A stretch of 64,000 nucleotides of DNA from Cetorhinus maximus (taxonomy: Eukaryota): the NCBI RefSeq assembly GCF_964194155.1, contig NC_135889.1, forward strand, positions 94,736,001-94,800,000. The letters run 5' to 3'. Shown here in pieces: positions 1 through 12,051 of this stretch. Every line of letters starts with the position of its first letter. Within the stretch, counting starts at the first letter, position 1. The position numbers were made by a program, and so were the translations under genes. The notes under the pieces are model-generated. The model did no database searches. It was not told the origin of the DNA and saw only the letters and a list, made by a program, of their open reading frames with translations.

Positions 1-587
1 TGCATACTGTAGGTGGAAATCTTTATGCCAATTGCTTTGCAGCAGCATTCATAAGAGAGTGGCATTAAGATGAGGGGAGGGGGTAGAAATCTAGACTGAT
101 TCTTTGGGAGTGGAGTAAGGTAGATATGAATGTTAACTTGGGGTGGTGGGAGGTGGGTGCCTGTGACAGCTATTTTCAAGTGTTAGTTCGCACTTGCTAT
201 TTTTCTGGGTTGACATGTATATAGAATTTTTCAAATGTTAAAGCTTTTGCAGGTGGTTAGATTAAAATGGTTTAAATAATGGCATGCACACTGATATGTT
301 TCAATTTCTAAAAACGATATGAAACCTGATTTTGCATTTTGACCTCCTATTTTTGGACTGGCAGAATTTTTTAGTCCTTTTCCCTTTTCTGAATAAGTGC
401 AAGTTGAAACTTTTTTTGTAAGCTGCTCTCCTGTCATTTAATTTGAATGCATATCAAAACTTGATTGTATAAGTTAAGTCAAGTTAACTTAAAGGTGCTG
501 CAGATGAGATGCACTAGATCAAGCTGTAGTTTAGTTCTAGCAATTGTAACAAAATATATTTTTGTGTATTAAAAAGATGAAAGACAA

Positions 588-660
588 ACTTGCATTTATA
601 TAGCATCTTTCACAACTTCAATGTCTTGAAGTGTTTTACAGCCATTAAGTGTAGTCATGT
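588..660 (-). mobile_element. SINE/L2-type 3' tail fragment
   Basis: ttgcatttatatagc is the reverse of the gctatataaatgcaa tail also seen at ~35540 and ~58430. Confidence 0.55.
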
Positions 661-839
661 TTTTTATGCAAGAATTAGATTTACTGATTTTAAATTCCTT
701 ATTGCTTTTAACAGCAAGTGAGAGATTGATAGCCTCGATTCAAACAGAAAGTGGCAGCCTGTTTGATGCATTTTGCCTTGGAACCCAGATAAGATGCCCA
801 AGATAGGGTAGCCGATTGACTATTATGGGAGAATCACTC

Positions 840-925
840 CATACCTGAAACATTAACTTGTCTGTTCTTGCCGGAGATGCTGCCGGACCTGCTGAGTGTT
901 TCCAACAATTCTTGTTTTTTCAAGT
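840..925 (+). mobile_element. Decayed Penelope 3'-end fragment
   Basis: gaaacattaac...gatgctgccggacctgctgagtgtttcca matches the 3' end of the Penelope arm at 50337-50410. Confidence 0.7.
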
Positions 926-1119
926 CTTTGAGCAGTTGTTGCTTTTTGCTATAGAGGGAATATTCATGCAATCCATCATTTTCAAAACACTGATTAAATT
1001 CCTGGTGACACTAATTTTTTTCTGTGTTTGGAGTGAAGATGTGTGTAGAGCCAGTGCTTCATTATAGCCCCCTTTGATGTGCAAAGCTGTTAATAGTAGG
1101 TTTATCTGGGGCTGCTTGA

Positions 1120-1400
1120 GCCAATCTGGTCAGTCTAGACCTTCATCTGACTCCCCAAAGCCTGTCCACTACGTACAAAACACAAGCCAGGAGTTTGGTG
1201 GAATATTCTCCACTTGCTTGGATGAGTGCAGCTCCAACAACATTCAAGAGGCTCAACACCATCCAGGATTAAGCAGCTTGCTTGATTGGCACCCCATCCA
1301 CCACTTTCAGCATTCACTCCCTCCACCACCAGTGCACAGTGGCAGGCAGCAGTGTGTACCAACTACAAGATTCTCTGCAGCAACTCACCACGCCTCATTT
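1120..1400 (+). mobile_element. CR1-clade LINE family B, 3' fragment
   Basis: ggatgagtgcagctccaacaaca and its flanks are shared with the copies at 21280-22225 and 28290-29720. Confidence 0.75.
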
Positions 1401-1403
1401 GAC

Positions 1404-1810
1404 AGTCCAACCTTAAGGTCAGGAGCCCTGGCGGGCTTCTGAAAAATCATGAAACCTCATCCACGGGTGGGATGAGGTTTCATGAAGGAATTAAAAATTT
1501 CAGAATATTTTAAAATAAAAGTTATGGACAGTGTCACATGAGGGGACATGGCAGCGACATTTTTTTCTCATCTTTAATATTTTAAACCTGAGCCGATCTC
1601 CCTGAGGCAGCACTTTGCCTCAGGGGGATCTGTGCGCTCTTTCGCGCATGCTCAGGGAATTACCCCCCCACCCTGTCCGTCCGTCACGCTGGGTGGGCCA
1701 ACTAAGGCCCGCACATGTAAAATAGCGGCGCGCCCCCAACTGGGTGCGCCAGTCGGGAACCTGGCCGTGCCTGCTCCCACACTTCCCCCTGACAGGGGAA
1801 AATGTTGCCC
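1404..1810 (+). mobile_element. Hairpin-rich MITE, partial copy (right TIR only)
   Basis: Stem-loops aaacctcatcc/ggatgaggttt and ccctgaggc/gcctcaggg; ends aaaatgttgccc, like the TIR at 55865-55876. Confidence 0.75.
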
Positions 1811-1829
1811 ATGAGATCAGAAGCTCATC

Positions 1830-3020
1830 TCTGGATTAAATGTGACACCAAGCTTGTAAGCAGACTGGCTTAATCTCAGATGGATACTAGGGAGAAGGAT
1901 GGAGTTGGTAGTTCAGGAACGGCATTTGAACTGGGGATCAAAAACAATTATTTCAGTCTTCGCAATGTTTAATTGGAGGAAGTTGCTGCTCATCCAGTAC
2001 TGGATGTTGGATAAACGGTCTGATACTGTGGAAACAGTAGATGAGTTGAGAGCATTGGTGGTGCGGTAAAGCTGGGTGTTGTTCATATGCATGTAAGAAC
2101 TAATGCAGTGCTTTCAGATAATGCCGCCAAGGGCTAGTATTTAGACAAGAAATAGGAGTGGAGGGGACAAGGATAGATTCTTGGGGACCTGAGGCAGTGC
2201 TGTGAGAATGGGAAGAGAAGCCATTGCAAATGATACTCTAGCTACAATTAGATAGATAAGAATGGAACCATGAGAGAGCAATCCCACCAAGCTGGATGGC
2301 GATGAAATGGTGTTGGAGGAGTTTGATCAAGTGTATCAAAGGCTACAGACAGGCCAAGACGGATGACATTGTCACAGCCGCATTTGAAGTCAGTTAAGGC
2401 TTAGATAAGAGCCATTTCACTACTGTGGCAGGGAGAGAAACTGGTCGGAGGAATTCAAATGTGGAGTTCTGGGAAAGATGGGCATGGATTTTGGTGGAGG
2501 GGGGAACGTGACAAAACATTCAAGGGCTTGGAAGCAGAAAGGGAGGTTCGAGATGCGGTGCGAGTTTGCAAGGACATTAGGGTTAAGGGTTGGTTTCTTT
2601 GAAGAGATGGGTGGTGACGACAAACTTAAAGGAGATTGGGACAACACCTGAAGAGAGAACTGTTAAGAATATCGGCTAACATGGCGACCAGGAGGTCTCG
2701 TGGACAAGATGAGCTCGGGGAGGGCCTGAGGAGAGATTCGAGGAAAAGCTGGAGAAAGATGCTAGTTCAGGGCTAGAATGAGGGGGGGGCTTTAGAGAAG
2801 TTTGGCCTGGTAGGTTAATAGGAGGGACCTGGCAGAGACAGTTGATAGATCGTCTCTATCTTGAGAACAAAGAAGTTCATGAGCTCCTTGCACTTTTGGA
2901 GGTCAGGGTGGAGGGGCAGAGGGATTTAAGAAGATGGTTTTTAATAGATAAAAAGCCAGGGGTTATCTTAGCATTCCAGGATGATCCTGGAACACTGAGC
3001 AGTTTTAGCTGACAAGAGCA
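1830..3020 (-). mobile_element. L2-clade LINE, decayed RT region
   Basis: The minus strand translates to KKPTLNPNVLANSHRISNLPF and IQYWMSSNFLQLNIAKTEII, typical L2 RT motifs. Confidence 0.8.
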
Positions 3021-4984
3021 TGATCAGATAGTGGTTTTATATGGTCCATCTAGATCTGGCGGTGGATGGCGAAACCACATGTTGCCTGCTGTATTCTTCC
3101 AGTCTGCTTCCCTTATAAATGCCGGTTCCAGTAAAATCATGACCGATACAAAGCATTCCCTGTTAAATTGTTTTTTTAAATTGTGATTTAGTTGTAGAAA
3201 ACGTTTGATGCACGAAGATCTAAAGGTGTATAGTAGTAGAACTGGGTTGGGCTTGAGGGGCATGTTTGATTTTTTCATAATTTGTGATTTGCTGACATAT
3301 CTATTGAGAAGTATGGGAACTACATAAAACAATCCCATTTTCCCAACTAACCCACTTCTGTTCTTTTGGAATGCACTTGGTAGTTGCATCAGCATCTTTT
3401 GTTGAAGCTGGAAATCCATAGCATGAAAATGCATAGCATGGTGTATATTGCTTTACCATGGTGCATGGCAGTGGTACACAATGAATGTAGAGTTCCTGCA
3501 CTTGAGGTGGCACACTGGAGCATGGATAATCAAGGACCTGTGCTTAATGATTTTTCTTTCACGAGTGAGGAACTGATTGGCATTCTTGTTATCCAGTTAG
3601 TTCATAGAAAGTAAAATCTTTCCAGAGGTCTTCATAGGGTGTACTTTTTAATTGACAAGTTAATGCTGTACTATTAACTCTTCTTTTCATGTATTCTTTT
3701 TAGCGTTTGTGGGAATCATGAGGTTGCAGAGAGCTTGTTTTAATTCTTATGGATATGAACTTCTCAATTCAGTTTTTTGAATGAATTAGGGCAGGACTCA
3801 AATATTGAGGGTTCGTTTTTATTTAAAAGCAAATGATGGATTTCCCATAGTGGTGGTCATGGGCAATTTAAAAAAAAAACATTGTTAGTACCTTTTATGT
3901 TTTGATATATGATTTTATTCTACTGCTCGTTCCTCTACTATTAATTTTTGAAGAGGAAGAAAACATTGAACCCATGTGTAATTTATATATGCTTAGATAT
4001 TTTTGAATGGAATTTTTATTTTGTAACTCAAGATAAATCAGTTGAAATTACTTCAGGGTGTCACTGATGTGATAAGGCAGTTATCAGAGACCATGAGCAT
4101 GACTAATGAGATGATAGTTCCGAAACTGTAAGCATAGTGCTTGGGAAAGAAAACGGTGAGAATTGGTTATCACAGAAAAGATCACCTGATTATCAGGACC
4201 AGGCAGATGTTTGTTGAATTGCCCACTTCACATAACCCGTAATTACAAGTATTGCTCGAGATCTTTCAAAAGGGGACAAAGTTACATTTATACATCATCT
4301 TACCATATTGCTCGTAAACATCTCAAAACTTCACCCAAAACAAATGATATAAAAAATAAGGCACTGTGATGGCTATTTGCACACAGTACGATCCCACAAA
4401 GTCACAAAATGAGTGACTAGTTGATCACAACAGTCAGGCTGGTGACATAATTATAGTCAATGAGGATGCTCGAGACAAATAGAATGATCACATAATCATT
4501 AGCCAATAAGATTTCAAGTAAATGTCACACAATTGTAAATGTCATATGATCAGTATTGGCCAATGAGGTTGTTGAAATGGAACATGCAATTGTTATTGTT
4601 CAATTGGTTTATGTATTCAGAAACATGGATACTTGATTAGTTCATGCATTATAAAAACTCTTATCTCAGAAGGTTTGATACCACTCCTTCTCAGTTCATG
4701 TTCAGCTTATCCATTCATTTTTTCCTTAAACCCTGTTTTAAGTATAAATTTTAACCTAGCTCCCTCACTCGTTTGTAGTTCACTGCGCAGTTTCGCAGCT
4801 TGTCTGTGCCATCTGGCGAGATGCTGAGCAGAGGAAGAAAGAGCCAAAAAGAGCAAGTCTTCCCTAGAATTGATTATCTCCAAATGTCTGACCATCAAAC
4901 AAAACTGGCAGAGGACTGGTAGGAAGTAGCTCTTGCCTTTTCAGCCAAAGATTTGGAAATGGTATGAGGAGAGGCCTTTTTAAA

Positions 4985-6500
4985 AAAAATTGTTCATGGG
5001 ATGTGGGCATTTATTACCCATCCCTTAATTGCCCCTGAGAAGTTAGTGGTGTGCTGCCGCCTTAAATCACCACAGTCATTGTGATGTTTGTATACTTGCC
5101 AGTACTGTTAGGGAAGGCGTTCTAGGATTTTGGCCCAGTGACAGTGGAGGAATGGTGTCCACTGTCAGTCAAGATCGTCAGGACCTGGAGGGGAACTTGA
5201 AGATGATGGTGTTCCCATGCATCTGCTACCCTTGTCCTCCTAGGTGGTATGGTTTGGAAGCTGCTGCTGAAGGAGCCTTGGTGAGCTGCTACAGTCCATC
5301 CAGTAGATGGTATACACTGCTGCCACTGTGTGTCAGTGGTGGAGGGAGTTGAATATTGAAGGTGGTTAATAAGGTGCCAACCAAGCCAGTTGCTTTGTCC
5401 TGGTGTTGAGCTTCTTGAGTGTTGTTGGAGTTGCACTGATCCAGGCAAGTGGAGAGCATTTCTTCACATTCCTGACTTGTGCTTTGTAGTTCATAGACAG
5501 GCTTTGAGAAGCAGGAAATGAGTTACTTGCTGCAGAATTCCCAGCAGCTGACCTGCTCATGTAGCCACAGTATTTATATGGCTGGTCCACTTCAGTTCCT
5601 GGTCAATGGTAATCTCCAGGATGGTTGATGGTGGGGGATTCAGCAATAGCAATTGAATGTCAAGGAGAGATTGTTAGATTCTCTGTCGTTGGAGATGGTC
5701 ATTGCCTGGCACTTCAGGGTGTGAATGTTACTTGCCACTTATCAGCTCAAGCTTGAATGTTGTTCAGGCCTTACTGCATGCAGGCATGGACTGCTTCAGT
5801 ATCCGAGGTGAATGGGACTGAACACTGGGCAACCATCAGCAAATATCCACGCTTCTGACTTTATGATGCAGGGGAAGGTCATTGATGAAGCAGCTGAAGA
5901 TGGTTGGTCCTAGGGCATTGACCCGAGGAACACCTGTGGCAATCCCCTGGAACTGAGATGATTGGCCACAAACTAGGTTTGACTCCAAGAATGTAGAGTT
6001 TTACCACTGATTGCCATTGACTGAAATTTTGCTCGGGCCCCTTGTTGCCCTGCTGAGTCAAATGCTGCCTTGATGTTAAAGGCAGCATTTGACTCAGCAG
6101 GGCAACAAGGAGCCCTAGCAAAATGTCAATGGCAATCAGTAATAAAGGCAGTCACTCTCTCCTCAAGACTGGAATTGAGTTCTTTTGTCCGTTTTTGGAT
6201 TAATGCTGTAATGAGATCTGGAGCTGAGTTGCCCTGGCAGAACCCAAACTGTGCATGTGAGCAGGTTCTTAGTGAGTAAGTGCTTCCTTGATAGTACTAT
6301 TGATGAGACCTTCCCTGATAATTAAGAGTAGAGTAGAATAGATGTCTATCTTGTAGATGCACTGGAACAGTTTGGCTAGGAGCAGAGCTAGTTCTGGAGG
6401 AAGTGTGCTCAGCACTGCAGCTGAGATGTTGCTATGTCTAGTGTACTCAGCTGTTTTGTGACATCACATGGAATGAATCAAATTTGGCTGAAGACTGGCA
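4985..6500 (-). mobile_element. CR1-clade LINE family B, 3' half, decayed
   Basis: Reverse complement of the 21280-22225 and 28290-29720 copies (gtagccacagtatttatatggctgg); carries an internal inverted duplication at 6006-6140. Confidence 0.85.
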
Positions 6501-6519
6501 TCTGTAATGTTGGAAATGC

Positions 6520-6812
6520 ATCAGTTTCCATGCAGCAAGGTCCCACAAACAGGAATGTGATAATAAACAGAGTAGTGATGGTATTTGCCAGAAATCATCT
6601 TCAAAATTATGCCATTGAATCATTTACGTCCACTTGAGAGGGCAGACAGAGCCTCGGTTTAATGTATCATCCAGAAGATGGTACCTTTCGACAGTGCAGC
6701 CCTGCATTACTCTCGAGGGCAGCACTGGGTGTCAGCCTAGTTTGTGCTCAAGTCTCTGGGATTCGAACCCACACCTTCTGACTCAGGCGAGATACTATTG
6801 AGTCACAGCAGT
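6520..6812 (-). mobile_element. tRNA-derived DeuSINE (SacSINE1-like)
   Basis: B-box ggttcgaatccc on the minus strand (6758-6769), followed by a Deu-like core (aaccgaggctctgtctgccctctcaagtggacgtaaa). Homologous to 62787-63145. Confidence 0.75.
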
Positions 6813-7435
6813 TGAGATTAATTATAATGGTTTAACTGTAACATAAGTGTAATATTAAAAGGTTTGTTGTGTACAGTGAAACCTTGCTATGGCTTGCATT
6901 ATGAATTATTTGTGATTCTATATGGATGATCCTCATTTGGCTAAGTCATTGGTTGTTGCCATTTTGCTACTGAACTGAGTTTCATGTTTGGTCTCAATAC
7001 TGCAATTAAGGTTGATTCAGTGACTAAATCCAAAATCATACTAGTACTGAGGTAATAAAATTCATACTCAATGCAACCAAATCAAACCTAACTCCAATTC
7101 CTTTGTGGTCGTATTTGCACAAGCAGTTTTGGGAACAGGATGTTTACAATCAACTGGAAAAGGGCCAAGGAGAACATTTAATATTGATTTTTGGCTTGCC
7201 CTGTATATTTACAGTTGTTTACAATGGAGTTTGGATTTAATTTGTATTCTATTGTGCAGTAACCATCTTATATTTAATACGTTCACTGGCTAGGATTACC
7301 ACTGATTTGTTTTCATTACATATGTTGCATTTTTGTACATTTTTAAAATGCCCTGTGTCCCAAATCAAATATTTTAAATGTGAACTTAAAGCTATTCTAT
7401 GAAAGAAACGTGCTAATATAATCCTTTGCCAAGTT

Positions 7436-10044
7436 AATCTGTATGGGTAGAGTTGAGGAACTACAAAGGTTAAAAAAAAAACCATAATGGGAGTTATGTA
7501 CAGGCGTCCGAACAGTAGTCAGGATGTGGGGCACAAGATACACCAGGAGATAGAAAAGGGGTGTAAGAAAGGCAAGGTTACAGTGATCATGGGGATTTCA
7601 ATATGCAGGTAGACTGGGAAAATCAGGTTGGTAGTGGATCCCAAGAAAAGGAATTTGTGGAATGTCTACGAGATGGCTTTTTGGAGCAGCTTGTGGTGGA
7701 GCCCACTAGGGAACAGGCAATTCTAGATTTAGTGATGTATAATGAGGCAGATTTGATAAGGGAGCTTAAGGTGAAGGAACCCTTAGGAGGAAGTGACCAT
7801 AATATGATAGAATTTACCCTGCAATTTGAGAGGAAAAATCTGGAATCAGATGTAACAATATTACAGTTGAATAAAGGCAACTACAGAGGCATGAGGGAGG
7901 AGCTGGCCAGAATTGACTGGGAGATGAGCCTAGCAGGAAAGACAGTGAAACAGGAATGGCAGGAGTTTCTGGGAGTAATTTGGGAGACACAGCAAAAATT
8001 CATCCCTAGGAAGAATAAGCACACTAAAGGGAGGACGAGGCAACCATGGCTGACTAGGGAAGTCAGGGACAGCATAAAAGCTAAAGAGAAAGCATACAAT
8101 GCGGCGAAGAGCAGTTTGGAAACCAGGGGATTGGGAAGCCTACAAAGACCAACAGAGGACAACTGAAAAAGAAATAAGGAGGGAGAAGATTAAATATGAG
8201 GGTAAACTAGCCAGTAATATAAAAGAAGATTGCAAGAGTTTTTTTAGATATATGAAGGGTAAGAGAGAGGCAAAAGTGGACATTGGGCTGCTAGAAAATG
8301 ACGCTGGAGAAGTAGTAGTGGGGAACAAAGAAATGTCGGAGGAACTGAATAGGTACTTTGCGCCAGTCTTCAAGGTGGAAGACACGAGTAACATCCCCAA
8401 AGTTCAAGAGAGTCGGGGGGGCAGAGGTGAGTATGGTGGCCATTACCAAGGAGAAGGTGCTAGGAAAACTGAAAGGTCTGAAGGTGGATAAATCACCTGG
8501 ACCAGATAGATTACACCCAAGAGTTCTGAAGGAGATAGCTGAAGAGATAGTGGAGGCATTAGTGGTGATCTTTCAGGAATCACTGGAGTCAGGGAGGGTC
8601 CCAGAGCACTGGAAAATCGCTAATGTAACCCCCCTGTTTAAGAAGGGAGTGAGGCAAAAGACGGGAAATTACAGGCCGATTAGCCTAACCTCGGTCGTTG
8701 GTAAGATTTTAGAGTCCATTATTAAGAATGAGATTTCAGAATACTTGGAAGTGCATGGTAAAATAGGGCAAAGTCAGCATTGTTTATCAAGGGGAGGTCA
8801 TGCCTGACAAATCTGTTAGAATTCTTTGAGGAGGTAACGAGTAGGTTAGACAAAGGAGAGCCAATGGATGTTATCTACTTGGACTTCCAGAAGGCCTTTG
8901 ACAAGGTGCCGCACAGGAGGCTGCACAGTAACATAAGAGCCCATGGTGTTGGAGGCAAGGTACTAGCATGGATAAAAGATTGGCTGTCTGGCAGGAGGTA
9001 GAGAGTGGGGATAATGGGGTCCTTCTCAGGATGGCGGCTGGTGACTAGTGGAGTTCTGCAGGGGTCAGTGTTGGAACCACAACTTTTCACTTTATACGTT
9101 AATGATCTAGATGAAGGAACTGAGGGCATCCTGGCTAAGTTTGCAGATGATAGAAAGTTAGGTGGAGGGACAGGTAGTATTGAGGAGGCGGGGAGGCTGC
9201 AGAAGGATTTGGACAGGTTAGGAGAATGGGCAAAGAAGTGGCAGATGGAATACAACGTGGGGAAGTGTGTGGTCATGCACTTTGGTAGGAAGAATAGAGG
9301 CATAGACTATTTTCTAAATGGGGAGAGAATTCAGAAATCTGGAGTGCAAAGGGACTTGGGAGTCCTAGTCCAGGATTCTCTTAAGGTTAACTTGTAGGTT
9401 GATGCGGTAGTTAGGAAGGCAAATGCAATGTTGGCATTTATTTCAAGAGGACTAGAATATAAAAGCAGGGATGTGCTGCTGAGGCTTTATAAGGCTCTGG
9501 TCAGACCACATTTAGAATATTGTGAGCAATTTTGGGCCCCGTATCTCAGGAAGGATATTCTGGCCTTGGAGAGAGTCCAGAGGAGATTCACGAGAACGAT
9601 CCCAGGAATGAAAGGCTTAACATATGAGGAACGTTTGAGGACTCTGGGTCTATACTCGATGGAGTTTAGAAGGATGAGGGGGGATCTGATTGAAACTTAC
9701 AGAATACTGAAAAGCCTGGATAGAGTGGACGTGGGGAAGATGTTTCCATTAGTAGGAGAGACTAGGACCCGAGGGCACAGCCTCAGAGTAAAGGGAAGAT
9801 CTTTTAGAACAGAGATGAGGAGAAACTTCTTTAGCCAGAGAGTGGTGAATCTATGGAATTCATTGCCACAGAAGGCTGTGGAGGCCAGGTCATTGAGTGT
9901 AAGACTGAGATAGATAGGTTCTTGATTGGTAAGGGGATCAAAGGTTACGGGAGAAGGCAGGAGAATGGGGTTGAGAAACTTGAATGGTGGAGCAGACTCG
10001 ATGGGCCGAATGGCCTAATTTCTGCTCCTATGTCTTATGGTCTA
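7436..10044 (+). mobile_element. CR1 LINE, 5'-truncated ORF2 (endonuclease C-half plus RT) and 3'UTR; relatively young
   Basis: Consecutive ORFs 7603-9913 give SDHNMIEF, KSPGPD, NYRPISLTS, YLDFQKAFDKVPH, QGSVL, KFADD and RPHLEYC with few frameshifts; tail tctgctcctatgtcttatggtc. Confidence 0.96.
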
Positions 10045-10934
10045 AGTGTTGTGAACTGTTATGGAGAGCTCTAAGATTAGATGGAGAGTTCTAACTTGTA
10101 ATATGAGAAAGATCTTGTATTATAATGTTGACCTTTCACTTATGGAACGTGGGTTGGCACTGAGCCCAGACTGATGAAGTTAGATTTTTTTTTCCTACTG
10201 TTGTATGTTGGAGAAATGTTTTAGTAATGTTTTAGGAATGGAAACAAATTGTTATCTTCCGTGTTGGGTCCTCGGGTTCAGCCGTTCAGCTGCATACAGT
10301 TTGAAATCCAGCTATTTATTGAGCTAGGCTATGATTTCCTTGTTATTTCCAGCTTTTGCACTGCATTAATAGTGCAGTCAATTTTGATATAGAGCATTAA
10401 GAATGCAAGATATTTTGAAGCAGAGCTTGTGCAAAAACATGTATGATGCCTTATCCAGTAATTCTGAGACTATTGATTCAAATTGATTTCAAGTACAGAT
10501 CAGTATTAGAGTAGCAATGTAGCTAGGAATTCAGATCCTGATCTGTTTCGCAAGTGTAATAAAACCAAACCATGATTAATAATTGCCATGAAGTGGTCTC
10601 GCAGCAGTTTGTTTTTGCACTAGCTGCAGTGTAACTCTAATCTGGTGATGGTGTTTTATTAGTCTGGCGCTAGTGTTTTATAAAAGTATTCAGTCAGCTC
10701 ATTAGACAGTCAGAAACGTTTAGAACTTTGTAGGACATCTCGTAACTTTGCAAGAAAGTTAACACTCGTTCTTTATTTGCTAACAGACACTAGTTTTGTG
10801 GACAGCAGTGCTCTGCTCATGTTAAAGGTTGCATTTGTAGGTGTATTTTATCATTGACTTTACAGCAGCCAATCTCTGGCAGGAAGGAAAGATTTGTGCC
10901 TCAAGCTTTCTCTGCTGGAAGGAAAGATCTTAGT

Positions 10935-12050
10935 CTCCAGGCATACCTGATGCAAAAATAGTCACCTTGTTCAAAAACAAAGGGGATTGCAGTGACTGCA
11001 ACAATTATCGAGGCAGCTCCTTGCTAAGTATTGTGGGGAAGGTCTTTGCTCGCATTGCTGTGACCAGAGTGCAGACCCTGGCATCACTTCTACCCTGAGA
11101 CTCAGTGTGGCTTAAGAGCTGGCAGATTGATAGTGGACATGATTTTCTCACTTTGGCAGTTATAAGAGAAGTGCCACAAACAGAGCAGACCACTCTACAT
11201 GCCTTCACAGACCTCATCAATGCCTTCAAACTTGTCAGCAGAGGCAGACTCTTTAAACAGCTATGGAAAATAGGTTCAGAAAATAGAAAATAGGTTCAGT
11301 TCTGTTGAAGGGTCATGAGGACTCGAAACGTCAAGTCTTTTCTTCTCCGCCGATGCTGCCAGACCTGCTGAGTTTTTCCAGGTAATTCTGTTTTTGTTAT
11401 GGAAAATAGGTTTCCTGCCTGGCCTCCTGGGTATCATTTCTTCTTTCCACGAGAACATGCATAGTTTCGTCAGTGCAATTGTACATCATTGGAGGCTTTC
11501 AAGATCATCAGTAGGGTAAAGCAGTGCTGTGTCCTGATGCCAGCCCTGTATGGAATATTTTTCTCCATGCTGCTATTGTATGCTCTTGGCGACTCAGATG
11601 AAGGTGCCTACCTGCATGCCAAAGCCAATGGCAAGCTGTTCAACTGAGCGAGACTGTATGCCAAGACCCAAGTGTCCTAGTCTGAGACTTGCTATTTCCT
11701 CATGATGCTGCCCTGGCATCCCATACTGAAATTCATTTGAAACAGTTTGTAGATTGGTTCCCCTGGGCCTGCAAGGCGTTTGGACTAACAATTAGTGTCA
11801 GGAAGACCAAAATTAAAGGCCAGGATGTAGAGACTCCACCTTCCACTAGCACTCTGGAGGTCCTTGACAGCTTCGCATACTTGGATCAACAATTACCAGC
11901 AACCTGTCCCTTGATGCTGAAATCAGCTCCAGGGTTGCCAATGCCACAGGTGTCATGTCAAAGTTGAACAGTTGAGTGTAGACCAACAGCAAACTAACCC
12001 AAAATACAAAGCTCCATGAGTAAGTCTTGTCTTCTCAGCACCCTCCTTCA
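10935..12050 (+). mobile_element. RTE-clade LINE, RT region, decayed
   Basis: DAKIVTLFKNKGDCSDCNNYRG.SLLSIVGK, FPHDAAL (FADD-like), FGLTISVRKTK, LSTLL. Confidence 0.85.
11277..11397 (+). mobile_element. Short Penelope-derived insert with hammerhead-like motif, 15-bp TSD
   Basis: TSD tatggaaaataggtt at 11262-11276 and 11398-11412; the body is closely similar to 63763-63865. Confidence 0.85.
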
Positions 12051-12051
12051 C

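Noticed and set aside
4807-4822. CTCF-like motif (cgccagatggcac on the minus strand)
   Set aside because: A single imperfect short match, expected by chance in 64 kb.
6745-6812. tRNA gene (B-box ggttcgaatccc)
   Set aside because: No cloverleaf and contiguous with a SINE body, so it is a SINE head. The same applies to the head-like sequence at ~48060-48150.
7623-9303. Antisense ORFs over CR1 elements (also at 16604, 37970, 40413, 43709)
   Set aside because: Shadow frames of CR1 ORF2.
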